A stretch of 64,000 nucleotides of DNA from Octopus vulgaris. Its lineage: Eukaryota. The translations under genes were made by a program, and so were the position numbers. The stretch covers positions 61,194,001 through 61,258,000 of the forward strand of contig OX597823.1 in assembly GCA_951406725.2 (NCBI GenBank), written 5' to 3'. The notes beneath the pieces are model-generated. The model did not search any database. It was not told where the DNA came from and worked only from the letters and a program-made list of their open reading frames with translations. This document shows positions 1 through 12,576 of this stretch, one piece after another (positions within the stretch are counted from its first letter, which is position 1; the number at the start of each line of letters is the position of its first letter).

Positions 1-399
1 ACAGTTGCTGCACTTCCCTCATTCTGTTCAACCTGGGTATTATGCATAAACTCGAAAATATTTTGCTCTCCTTCACAACAGAATGAAGCTTCTTATGTCT
101 TTCATGGTTTTCAATGAGCTCTAGCATCCAGTCATTAGTGGTTTCAAGATATTTTGCCAATCCAATTGTGATGGTTTTGTACAAGATTTCAAATTGGATC
201 AAGCCTCAATCTCCATGAGCTCAGGGTAGGAAAAGACAATCTGCATCTGCCTTTGGGTGGTGCATCTTATTGCAAAGTCAGCAGCTTACAGATTTTCCTG
301 TCAATCTTCCTTATTTCGCTCATATTGCAGTTCAACACCATTGAAACTGTAAATAACAACAGGAACTGCTAAGGAATTTATAGCTAACACCTTGTTATT
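1..399 (-). mobile_element. Degenerate R4/Dong-like (RLE-type) non-LTR retrotransposon fragment, post-RT region
   Basis: Minus-strand translation across stops and frameshifts gives NKVLAINSLAVPVVIYSFN...EIRKIDRKICKLLT...HHPKADADCLFLP...GLIQFEILYKTITIGLAKYLE. This resembles the R4/Dong pattern AIN..AVPV..YSF...IDRK.RK....HHPKAD.DRLYLPR..GGRGL. It abuts a microsatellite. Confidence 0.75.
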
Positions 400-401
400 A
401 T

Positions 402-711
<310 letters not shown>

Positions 712-712
<1 letters not shown>

Positions 713-870
713 GCAGTGAGCTGGCAGAATTGTAAGTATGCTGGACAAAATGCTAAACGGTATTTTTTCTGTAGCTACATTCTGAGTTCAAATTCCACCA
801 AGATTGACCTTTGCCTTTCATCCTTTTGGGATCTCCATCCAACAAATTTCAGACCTTGTGCCTATAGTAG
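712..870 (+). mobile_element. SINE family C (degenerate copy)
   Basis: GGCAGTGAGCTGGCAGAA...GAGTTCAAATTCC (B-box-like)...GCCTTTCATCC; homologous to 52626-52860, 4378-4575 and 62860-63066. Confidence 0.7.
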
Positions 871-879
871 AATGGCTTA

Positions 880-1562
880 TCATTTCATTCATTCTTTCTC
901 CTTTCTCATTCTTTCTTTTTCATTAAGGTTTTCTTTCCCTCTTTCTTTTATCCATTATTACTGTTTTTTATTCATTCGTTATTTCTTGCTCACTTTCTTT
1001 ATTCCCTTCCTTCCTAACTTCCTTCATTCTTTCCTCATTTTTCCTTTATTCTTCCAATTGTTTGTTATTTCATTCTTTTCTTTTTTTCATCCCTTCTGCC
1101 TTACCATCTTTCTTTCTTTTTTCTTTTGTTCTTTCTTTCATTTATTCTTTATTTATTTCATTTGTTCTTTCCTTCTTTCTTCCTTTTGTTCATTCTTTCT
1201 TTCTTTTGTTCTTTCTTTGATTTATTCTTTACTTCTTTCTTTTTTCTTTCTTTCTTTCTTTCTTTCTTTCATTCATTATATCATTATTCTGTACTTTTTC
1301 TTTTATCTTTTGTTCTTTCTTTCTGTCTTTCTTTCATTTATTCTTTACTTCTTTCTTTTTCTTTTTCTTTCTTTCTTTCTTTCTTTCTTTCTGTCTTTCA
1401 TTCATTATTTCATTATTCTGTACTTTTTTCTTTTTTCTTTTGTTCTTTCTTTCTTTCTTTCGTTCTTTCTTTCATTTATTCTTTAATTCTTTCATTCAGT
1501 CTTTCTTTCTTTTTTCTTTCTTTCTTTTCTTCTGTCTTTCATTCTTTCTTTAATTCTTACTC

Positions 1563-1601
<39 letters not shown>

Positions 1602-1605
1602 CTCC
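880..1605. repeat. Degenerate (TTTC)n polypyrimidine tract with internal duplications
   Basis: Visible TTTC repeats; CATTCATTAT.TCATTATTCTGTACTTTTT occurs twice (~1270 and ~1398). Confidence 0.9.
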
Positions 1606-2792
1606 TTCCCAGAATTAGATCACCAGTTAATAAAGTAAAATATATTAAAATAAAACAAAATAAAATGTAAATATATACACTCAAAAACACAAACTACAAA
1701 ACTACAACAGGCGAAAAGAAAATTCTAAAAAAAAAAAAGCAAAAATAAATCAAGCAACAAAACACAATAACAACAACAGCACCAAACACCACCACCACCA
1801 CCACCACCACCACCACCACCACAACAACAACAACAACAACAACAACACAAAACTGTAAATTGTCAAAAATATTTTATTGATTTAATATGTTGGCAATATT
1901 TCAAGCAAATATAGAATACAAGAAAAAGAAATGAAGTGTGCATTTGAATGACATTCAATTCAAATGCTTCTGATACCAATTTTAAAAAGAAGTTACTATA
2001 AAAGGACATGATTAAATAAGTGTGAGCTTGATTGTGCAGTAAAGAAGTATTTTGCTTTATAAAACTTGCGGTCGTGGGTTCAATCCACCAACGTGGAATA
2101 TCATAGATTTTGGGGTTTTTTTTTTGTTTCAGTCATTTAACTGTGGCCATACTGGGGCACTGCATTGAAGTGTTTAGCTGAACAAATTGAGACATGTTTT
2201 TATATTATTTTACTTATGTTTTTAGTCTGGTGTTTAGTCTTTTGGTCTGTTTTTGCTGAATTGGTTGGTTACTGGAATGGTAACAAACCAACACTGGTTA
2301 TCAAGCAGTGAGCATGCTAGCTTCATTTTCTCCAGTCTTATCATACATACATACATACATACATACATACATACATACATACATACATACATACATACAT
2401 ACATACATGCATGATGGCCATCCACTCGTGACCGAGGAAGACTATTGCTGACCTTCAGTAGCACATACATACATGCATGTATATATATACATACATACAC
2501 TATTTGTAACACATTCCAAAAATCTCCATCTGAGAGTCTTAAATGAAATGATGCCCCGCACTTAGGTGTGTGCATTAACAGTTCAACCATTAACACAACA
2601 ACTCAACCATATATTTACAAGCACTGGGAACTCTCTTAACTCAAAAAGTCTTGTTGCATTGTTAGCAATTGGCTTGGACCCTCTCAAGAAGAACTTAAAT
2701 AAAACTGAAAGAAAAATCATGGAAAACAGACATTAAATGATAATGATGATGATGACAATGATGATGATGATGATGCTGACAATAATGATATA

Positions 2793-3130
2793 TGCACATG
2801 GCTCAGTGGTTAGAGCACCAGGCTCACAATCATGAGATAGTGAGTTTGATTTCCAGACTTGGCTGTTGTGAGTTGGGTGCTTGAGCAGGACACATTTTTC
2901 ACATTGCTTCAGTTCACTCAGCTGTAGGAATGAGTTGCGATGTCACTGGTGCCAAGCTGTATCAGCCTTTGCCTTTCCTTTGGATAACATTGATGGTATG
3001 CAGAGCAGAGGCTAATATGCATGGGCAACTACTGGTCTTCCACAAACAATCTTGCCTTGACTTGTGCCATGGAGAGGAACTTTCTAGGAGCAATCCTGTG
3101 GTCATTCATGACCAAAGGGAGTCTTACCCT
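2793..3130 (+). mobile_element. SINE family B (tRNA-derived)
   Basis: A-box TGGCTCAGTGG and degenerate B-box GAGTTTGATTTCC; body homologous to the minus-strand copies at 27180, 33210, 55048 and 62498. Confidence 0.85.
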
Positions 3131-3150
3131 TTACCCTACATATATATGTG

Positions 3151-3186
<36 letters not shown>

Positions 3187-3784
3187 CACACACATACATG
3201 TGCATATGTGTGTGCACCTTCTTTTTACAGAAAAACAAACAAAAGCTGTCTCACAAAATTCATCCCAGACAATATGGTAAATTTATTTCTATATTTTATG
3301 CTTTAATGCACTGAAAAATATTTTACCAGTATATGCGCTGCTGAAATTGGGGTGTATCTAGTATACCTGCATGTATTTTACGCCATTAAATATAATACAT
3401 TCCTTACTGGACTAGATAATGGAGTTGATATGATTGAACAAAACCCATGAAGATGGTTCCACTGCATAGCTTTGGTCTATTTAATCTTTTCTGTACTAAC
3501 CTGCTTGAAACCACTTATGGTTCTGCAATACAAATTTACTGATTTAAATTGCTCTAAATTAAAAACTTGCATCGATATTTCATGTTAATTTATGTTCCAA
3601 ACATCAGCTTAATAATGACAAAATTATTTAGTATATTTTTCTTTATTTTCCAAATCAATCAAATCAAAGACATTGGATTTCAACAGAAATATGGTAACTA
3701 AAGGTTTGTGATTGTTTTTAGTTCTATGATACGAAATTCCTGTGTTAAAGTGTTTCAAATTAAAGCTTTCCATTAAAATTTTCA

Positions 3785-4190
3785 GTTGGCTGTGTGATAA
3801 GTAGCTTGCTTATGAACCACATGGTTCTGGGTTCAGTCCCACTGTGTGGCACCTTGGGCAAGTGTCTTCTACTATAGCCTCGGGCTGACCAGAGCCTTGT
3901 GAGTGGATTTGGTAGATGGAAACTGAAAGAAGCCTGTCGTATATACGCATATATATATATGTGTGTGTATATGTTTGTGTGTTTGTGTTTGTCTCCTAAC
4001 ATCACTTGACAACCGATGCTGGTGTGTTTACGTCCCCGTAACTTAGCAATTAGGCAAAAGAGACCGATAGAATAAGTACTAGGCTTACAAAGAATAAGTC
4101 CTGGGGTCAATTTGCTCGACTAAAGGTGGTGCTCCAGCATGGCCACAGTCACATGACTGAAACAAGTAAATGAGTAAAAGAGTAAAAAAG
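3785..4190 (+). mobile_element. SINE family A (tRNA-derived head, internal TA/TG microsatellite, LINE-like tail)
   Basis: B-box GGTTCAGTCCC, CCTTGGGCAAGTGTCTT, tail GGTGCTCCAGCATGGCCACAGTC..GACTGAAAC then GTAAAAGA repeats; matches 31535-31950. Confidence 0.9.
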
Positions 4191-4377
4191 GAGTAATATA
4201 TTTTTCTAACACCAACTTAATGATAACAAAGGTGCTATAACTAAATTCTTCATTTTATTTTAAAATCAACTGAAGCAATGGCAGTTTATTTCAACAGAAA
4301 TACAGTAATAAAAGGATGATTTAAATTAAAACCTATCAAAACTTCCAAACACCAACTTAATAATTCTTTTTTTTGCT

Positions 4378-4575
4378 GTAGGTACATGGTCTAAAATTTG
4401 GAGGAAGGATTTAGTTGATTACATAGACTCCAGCACTCAACTGATTCATATTTTATTGACTCTGAAAGGATGAAAGGCAAAGTCAACTTTGGTGGAATTT
4501 GAACTCAGAACAAAACAACAGATGAAATACTGCTGGGCATTTTTCCCAGTATGCTAACAATTCTGCCGGCTTGCT
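4378..4575 (-). mobile_element. SINE family C (degenerate copy)
   Basis: GAAAGGATGAAAGGCAAAGTCAAC...GGAATTTGAACTCAGAA; same orientation and sequence as 52626-52860. Confidence 0.75.
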
Positions 4576-6682
4576 AACTTTTAAAGCCCCAATTTAATAA
4601 TGACAATTATTTTACTAAATTCATCATTAATTTTGAAATTAATTGAAACAAAAACAGTGTACTTTAACAGAAGTACAGTTATGAAAGAAAACAAGTATAG
4701 AAGAATAAAAAGTGAAAAATTGTTTTTTTTTCTCAAAATTGTTTTTTTCTATAAATATTTCTGTCTTTCACATTTTTAACTAAGTTGGCCATACAATGTC
4801 TACCTTACAATCACCTTATAAGCTTACTTTACACACATTAGGTGTATGTGTTGTCTATTATAGTCTTGGCTTGACCATTGCTTTGTTGTGTGTGTGTGTG
4901 TGTGCGTGTTTGTATGAAAGTAACAAATGGTATACTCTTGATCCGAGAAAGATGGTTCTGCCATTTATTGCAGAACAACCTGCACAGATGGTTTGTTTAT
5001 AGAGATCAAATGTTTTTGTTCATTAGTTCTCTCTCTCTCGTTCCCTCTCTCTCTTTATCTCCCTCTCCCTCCCCCATCAAATCTACATTTCCTGTACAGT
5101 TGCACTAGTTGTTGATGTGATTTCAGAGCAATGTACAATGAAGTGTTGTGTTTAGGAACACAATGCACTGCCCAGTCAAGGAATTGAACACACGATCTTG
5201 TGACTGTGAGTAAAACACCCTGACCACTAGGTAACATGCCCTCAACACCTTTATGCATACCACTGCAAGTTAGTGCAAGTATGTATGTGTCTATGCATTT
5301 ATGTTTATATTGGTGCAAATTTGTGCAAATGCACTGCGACATTTAATTCCATAGCAAAGCAATAACTTTTGAAAGAGACATAACTCTGGTGAACTTAGAC
5401 AATAAATGTAAAGTAATGATAAAATAAAATGACTACTAAACAAAATATCGGGGTTAATAAGAGTGACCAAATATCTTTGAAAGCAATGCCCCAATATGGT
5501 AATAATCTATTAACTAAAGCTATTTAACAACAAAAAGAATAAAATGGTAAAAGCATTTCTCATTTCGCCATTTTTGTTTTGCAGCCATAAATATTTCCAA
5601 ATTTCACATTTATAATTATATTGGTTGTTTAGTTTAGTATAATTTAGTTAGTTAATTAGTTTAGTTAATTACTTCCATTACTCCTTCATTGTATTTTATA
5701 CATTTTTATCTTTGTTTTCACTTCTTTACCAATCATTTTCTCTCTTGCTCATTCTTCTCTTCTTCTCCAATTTGTTTCATTTATATCATAACCATTATCA
5801 TCATCTACATCATCAGCATTTTTGTCACCATGGCAACCACCATCAAAACCATCAGCACCAGCATCAACACTACTACCACAACCACCACCGCAACCACCAT
5901 CACTGCTATCGTCATACTATGTTATTAATAATAATATTACTACTGTTATTATCAACGAGAAAAATGTATAAATATGTCAACAATAGGGCAAAGGAAGAAT
6001 ACCTTGGGGAGCATCCTGTATTTTAATCATGCACACACATGCATACATGCATGCACAAACACATACATGCATACACACACTTACATACATGCATGCACAA
6101 ACACATACACACATTTACAAACAGTAGAGTCTCACATATGAAATAAAATCAGCTGAAAAACATTCAATTAACTGAAATGAATTATCCTTGTGATTAGAAG
6201 ACAAAATCTCCCTTATAGTGTTTAGTATCTAAAAACAGTAATGAAGAGTGATATCTCTGGTTATTCTAGTTTAGATTTTAAATGCCTCCTAAAAGGAGTT
6301 TTTGTCTGCTGATTGCAGAGATAATATCAAATGAAGTTTGTCAATTCACTATATTACATTTATGAAACTCTACTATATGTACTGGTGTCAGGGAAATCAC
6401 AAATTACTGGTAGCATTTAGTATAGCACAACCTGTTGTATAGTCAGGTTCCAGCAATTAAACTGGCTCTAAATCAGGCTTAAGAGGGTTGCTAATAAATG
6501 TTGCTAATAAACCCAAGAGATACAAAGACAACATCTGTGAAGATGAAACAAACATAAGGTCAATGACTATCCAGCTAAAGTCCAGGGACTCAGATATTTT
6601 TGTTGAGTGTACAGTGTGTTATAAGGTCACCTGAAGTGAAGTAGCCTTAGTTTTCATTAAACATTAAAGCATGTCTCTAGAA

Positions 6683-6880
6683 CAGTGGTTCCCAAACTAT
6701 GAGTCACGACCCATCTGTGGGTCGTGAACGGAATCTTAGTGGGTCGCAAAAAGTTACAAAATTACGCATTAGCTTTGATTAATTACTGTCTATCCAGATA
6801 GTTCAATAGAGTTAAGTGGGTCATCATAAACTGGTGTGATAAATAGTGGGTCGCAACTCTAAAAAGTTTGGGAACCACTG
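6683..6880. mobile_element. hAT-superfamily MITE (198 bp)
   Basis: Perfect 16-bp TIRs CAGTGGTTCCCAAACT/AGTTTGGGAACCACTG; 8-bp TSD CTCTAGAA at 6675-6682 and 6881-6888; repeated subterminal GGGTCG motifs. Confidence 0.93.
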
Positions 6881-8008
6881 CTCTAGAATAAGGCACCATT
6901 GTATCCACAGCTACACTGGTAGCACAACTGCCTTGAAGGCAGTCAGACTAGGAAGTATGACAACTCCAAGCATAAACCCCTTCACTGTTAGTGAATGCTT
7001 GCACAGAAACAAAAGCTGAGGGATAAAACCCTAACAGTTGATTGTGTTGGAAGAGAACTTGAGGTGGCCCACCAACTTTATTTTTCATCCCAAAGAGAGC
7101 ATGAGCACAATATAAGGTGGTTGGAGCCTGGGCCCTTAGCTTTCATCTATGAAGTTGGAAATATCCAATCATTCACAATATCTTCTTCATCATCATTAAA
7201 TATCTGGCTTCCAAGCTGGCATGGATTGGGTGATTTAACCAGATCTCATGTTAGAGGACTGCACCAGCCCAAGACCAGTGTCTATTATGGCATAGTTTCT
7301 ACTGCTAGATACCCTTCCTAACACTGACCAATTTGCTGAGTCTACTGGGTTATTTTGCATGTCACTACCACTGGTGATAATCATCTTGTAACTTGTAGGG
7401 TTAAGGTCCTTAAAGTAGCTTTGATATATTTCCCCCCAGTTATATTGCTGGTATTCCTGTCCAGTGTCACTAATTTCTCACTATTTCTATAGAGAGTATG
7501 TCGCTTCTAAGCCTAGCCAACTCAAGTGAATATGCTGTTCTGATGAAGTCCAACATGATCGAAACATAATGTCCATTATTTTTCCCCACATGTTGATTCT
7601 AAAGAATTCGTTTATTACATTGTCTTTATTTCTTAAATGTTGAGATTAGCTGATATTTGTTGAGTTATCTCTCTTGTTTGGGGATTTCAGATTTTAATCT
7701 CTCTTTTGAGAGAGATTTTGACTTTTAATTGCAATAATGTCAGTTACTCAAAATTTCTTCTTTCAACTCACTACATTACGTATTTGAGACTTTTCACTTT
7801 ATTTGTGTGTGTGTGCATGTGTTTGTGTGTGTACATAGATATACATACACATATATTATATGTATGTATGTGTATGTGTATTATATATATATGTATATAT
7901 ACATACACACACACATATAATATAATATTCATACATATGTATATATCATATACATACATACAATATACATATATATGTATTGAATACATACATATGATAT
8001 ACATACAC

Positions 8009-11000
8009 ATTCATACACTGTTACGAAAATTTAACCTTTTTTAGGCTACTTTCAAGCCTTTGCCATAACTTGATTTATCTTCCTATCTCTCTCTCTACAA
8101 TATTTAACCGTAGGCTGCCTCAAGCCGTAATCCCATCTTTTCCCATCTTTCAGCCATTGGCGGTCTTCTTTTTCCTCCCTTCTTCTTCATATGCTAAAAC
8201 TTGAAAACCGCCATTACTATTACGATTCTGCAATTTAAATTCCCAGTTCAACTTACTTTCTTCTTCAATTTCAACTCCCGCTCGATGACCGCAGCAAGTT
8301 CTTAAAAATTTATCTTACTATTTTTTTATTCGTTGTTACTACGTTTATTCATACACTGTTACGAAAATTTAACCTTTTTTAGGCTACTTTCAAGCCTTTG
8401 CCATAACTTGATTTATCTTCCTATCTCTCTCTCTACAATATTTAACCGTAGGCTGCCTCAAGCCGTAATCCCATCTTTTCCCATCTTTCAGCCATTGGCG
8501 GTCTTCTTTTTCCTCCTCTTCTTCTTCATATGCTAAAACTTGAAAACCGCCATTACTATTACGATTCTGCAATTTAAATTCCCAGTTCAACTTACTTTCT
8601 TCTTCAATTTCAACTCCCGCTCGATGACCGCAGCAAGTTCCTAAAAATTTATCTTACTATTTTTTATTCGTTGTTACTACGTTTATTCATACACTGTTAC
8701 GAAAATTTAACCTTTTTAGGCTACTTTCAAGCCTTCGCCATAACTTGATTTATCTTCCTATCTCTCTCTCTACAATATTTAACCGTAGGCTGCCTCAAGC
8801 CGTAATCCCATCTTTTCCCATCTTTCAGCCATTGGCGGTCTTCTTTTTCCTCCCTTCTTCTTCATATGCTAAAACTTGAAAACCGCCATTACTATTACGA
8901 TTCTGCAATTTAAATTCCCAGTTCAACTTACTTTCTTCTTCAATTTCAACTCCCGCTCGATGACCGCAGCAAGTTCTTAAAAAATTTATCTTACTATTTA
9001 TTTTATTCGTTGTTACTACGTTTATTCATACACTGTTACGAAAATTTAACCTTTTTTAGGCTACTTTCAAGCCTTCGCCATAACTTGATTTATCTTCCTA
9101 TCTCTCTCTCTACAATATTTAACCGTAGGCTGCCTCAAGCCGTAATCCCATCTTTTCCCATCTTTCAGCCATTGGCGGTCTTCTTTTTCCTCCTCTTCTT
9201 CTTCATATGCTAAAACTTGAAAACCGCCATTACTATTACGATTCTGCAATTTAAATTCCCAGTTCAACTTACTTTCTTCTTCAATTTCAACTCCCGCTCG
9301 ATGACCGCAGCAAGTTCTTAAAAATTTATCTTACTATTTTTAAATTCCCAGTTCAACTTACTTTCTTCTTCAATTTCAACTCCCGCTCGATGACCGCAGC
9401 AAGTTCTTAAAAATTTATCTTACTATTTTTAAATTCCCAGTTCAACTTACTTTCTTCTTCAATTTCAACTCCCGCTCGATGACCGCAGCAAGTTCTTAAA
9501 AATTTATCTTACTATTTTTTTATTCGTTGTTACTACGTTTATTCATACACTGTTACGAAAATTTAACCTTTTTTAGGCTACTTTCAAGCCTTCGCCATAA
9601 CTTGATTTATCTTCCTATCTCTCTCTCTACAATATTTAACCGTAGGCTGCCTCAAGCCGTAATCCCATCTTTTCCCATCTTTCAGCCATTGGCGGTCTTC
9701 TTTTTCCTCCTCTTCTTCTTCATATGCTAAAACTTGAAAACCGCCATTACTATTACGATTCTGCAATTTAAATTCCCAGTTCAACTTACTTTCTTCTTCA
9801 ATTTCAACTCCCGCTCGATGACCGCAGCAAGTTCTTAAAAATTTATCTTACTATTTTTTATTCGTTGTTACTACGTTTATTCATACACTGTTACGAAAAT
9901 TTAACCTTTTTTAGGCTACTTTCAAGCCTTCGCCATAACTTGATTTATCTTCCTATCTCTCTCTCTACAATATTTAACCGTAGGCTGCCTCAAGCCGTAA
10001 TCCCATCTTTTCCCATCTTTCAGCCATTGGCGGTCTTCTTTTTCCTCCCTTCTTCTTCATATGCTAAAACTTGAAAACCGCCATTACTATTACGATTCTG
10101 CAATTTAAATTCCCAGTTCAACTTACTTTCTTCTTCAATTTCAACTCCCGCTCGATGACCGCAGCAAGTTCTTAAAAATTTATCTTACTATTTTTTTTAT
10201 TCGTTGTTACTACGTTTATTCATACACTGTTACGAAAATTTAACCTTTTTTAGGCTACTTTCAAGCCTTCGCCATAACTTGATTTATCTTCCTATCTCTC
10301 TCTCTACAATATTTAACCGTAGGCTGCCTCAAGCCGTAATCCCACCTTTTCCCATCTTTCAGCCATTGGCGGTCTTCTTTTTCCTCCTCTTCTTCTTCAT
10401 ATGCTAAAACTTGAAAACCGCCATTACTATTACGATTCTGCAATTTAAATTCCCAGTTCAACTTACTTTCTTCTTCAATTTCAACTCCCGCTCGATGACC
10501 GCAGCAAGTTCTTAAAAATTTATCTTACTATTTTTAAATTCCCAGTTCAACTTACTTTCTTCTTCAATTTCAACTCCCGCTCGATGACCGCAGCAAGTTC
10601 TTAAAAATTTATCTTACTATTTTTTTATTCGTTGTTACTACGTTTATTCATACACTGTTACGAAAATTTAACCTTTTTTAGGCTACTTTCAAGCCTTCGC
10701 CATAACTTGATTTATCTTCCTATCTCTCTCTCTACAATATTTAACCGTAGGCTGCCTCAAGCCGTAATCCCATCTTTTCCCATCTTTCAGCCATTGGCGG
10801 TCTTCTTTTTCCTCCTCTTCTTCTTCATATGCTAAAACTTGAAAACCGCCATTACTATTACGATTCTGCAATTTAAATTCCCAGTTCAACTTACTTTCTT
10901 CTTCAATTTCAACTCCCGCTCGATGACCGCAGCAAGTTCTTAAAAATTTATCTTACTATTTTTTATTCGTTGTTACTACGTTTATTCATACACTGTTACG

Positions 11001-11814
11001 AAAATTTAACCTTTTTTAGGCTACTTTCAAGCCTTCGCCATAACTTGATTTATCTTCCTATCTCTCTCTCTACAATATTTAACCGTAGGCTGCCTCAAGC
11101 CGTAATCCCATCTTTTCCCATCTTTCAGCCATTGGCGGTCTTCTTTTTCCTCCCTTCTTCTTCATATGCTAAAACTTGAAAACCGCCATTACTATTACGA
11201 TTCTGCAATTTAAATTCCCAGTTCAACTTACTTTCTTCTTCAATTTCAACTCCCGCTCGATGACCGCAGCAAGTTCTTAAAAATTTATCTTACTATTTTT
11301 TTTATTCGTTGTTACTACGTTTATTCATACACTGTTACGAAAATTTAACCTTTTTTAGGCTACTTTCAAGCCTTCGCCATAACTTGATTTATCTTCCTAT
11401 CTCTCTCTCTACAATATTTAACCGTAGGCTGCCTCAAGCCGTAATCCCACCTTTTCCCATCTTTCAGCCATTGGCGGTCTTCTTTTTCCTCCTCTTCTTC
11501 TTCATATGCTAAAACTTGAAAACCGCCATTACTATTACGATTCTGCAATTTAAATTCCCAGTTCAACTTACTTTCTTCTTCAATTTCAACTCCCGCTCGA
11601 TGACCGCAGCAAGTTCTTAAAAATTTATCTTAATATTTTTTATTCGTTGTTACTACGTTTATTCATACACTGTTACGAAAATTTAACCTTTTAGGCTACT
11701 TTCAAGCCTTCGCCATAACTTGATTTATCTTCCTATCTCTCTCTCTACAATATTTAACCGTAGGCTGCCTCAAGCCGTAATCCCATCTTTTCCCATCTTT
11801 CAGCCATTGGCGGT
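8009..11814 (+). repeat. Tandem array of ~338-339 bp monomers (10 full + 1 partial)
   Basis: Monomers start (ATTCATACACTGTTACG) at 8009, 8347, 8685, 9024, 9541, 9879, 10218, 10646, 10984, 11323 and 11661 and are near-identical. Monomer 4 has two extra 89-bp subunits and monomer 7 has one. Confidence 0.98.
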
Positions 11815-11828
11815 GCGCCCGCCCCCCA

Positions 11829-11952
11829 CCCCCACCACCAATACCGTTGAACACTGTTCTCACCCCCACCACCAATACCGTTGAACACTGTTCTCACCCC
11901 CACCACCAATACCGTTGAACACTGTTCTCACCCCCCCCCCACCACCAATACC
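11829..11952 (+). repeat. 34-bp tandem repeat (~3.5 copies) in the RTE 5' UTR
   Basis: CCCCCACCACCAATACCGTTGAACACTGTTCTCA at 11829, 11863 and 11897, plus a partial copy. Confidence 0.95.
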
Positions 11953-12040
11953 AGTATACCCCGTTCTCTCCATCTACACCGGATACGCCTTACTCATCTA
12001 CACTGGGTACGCCCTACTCCCTCCTCCTCCCCCCCACTAC

Positions 12041-12352
12041 CCCTTCTCCTCATATGCTTAAGACAAGCTGCTAGCGCCATAGCTCATCAACTGCCCACCG
12101 ATCTTACGCTTCCTCCTGACACTGCCTCAATCTGACCATCCCCTTTTAGTACCCTCCTGCCTCGTCAATCCGACCATCCCTTTTTAGTACCCTTCTCCTC
12201 ATATGCTTAAGACAAGCTGCTAGCGCCATAGCTCATCAACTGCCCACCGATCTTACGCTTCCTCCTGACACTGCCTCAATCCGACCATCCCCTTTTAGTA
12301 CCCTCCCGCCTCGTCAATCCGACCATCCCCTTTTAGTACCCTCCCGCCTCGT
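12041..12352 (+). repeat. 149-bp tandem duplication with ~38-bp subrepeats in the RTE 5' UTR
   Basis: CCCTTCTCCTCATATGCTTAAGACAAGCTGCTAGCGCCATAG... at 12041 and 12190; subrepeat TCAATCCGACCATCCCCTTTTAGTACCC occurs four times with minor variants. Confidence 0.93.
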
Positions 12353-12576
12353 AATATCCTACGTTTTTATTTCTTAGGAACCTACACCAACCCTTCCTGC
12401 CATCGTTCCTCCTTACCCCAACCTTCCCCACTGGTTGCTCCCCTATATTACCCGCCTCAACTGGACCCCCCTCCCCAACTCAACTCTAGAATATCTGTAT
12501 TTCTTTCCTCTACCTAATTACGTTACTCAGTGACGATAACAAATGTCCACTGCTAACACCAGCTCCTGCCCACGGC

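Noticed and set aside
8333-11566. Repeated 66-69 aa ORFs on both strands of the array
   Set aside because: They start at TTG, are broken by homopolymer indels in several monomers and show no recognisable domain; treated as by-products of the repeat.
8009-11814. CRISPR-like array next to a reverse transcriptase
   Set aside because: Units are contiguous ~338-bp near-identical monomers with no unique spacers; there are no cas genes and the context is eukaryotic.
8009-12540. Self-cleaving ribozyme (hammerhead or HDV-like) in the monomer or RTE 5' UTR
   Set aside because: I saw no CTGANGA...GAAA core on either strand of the monomer and could not build an HDV-like fold by eye; a structural search is still worth running.
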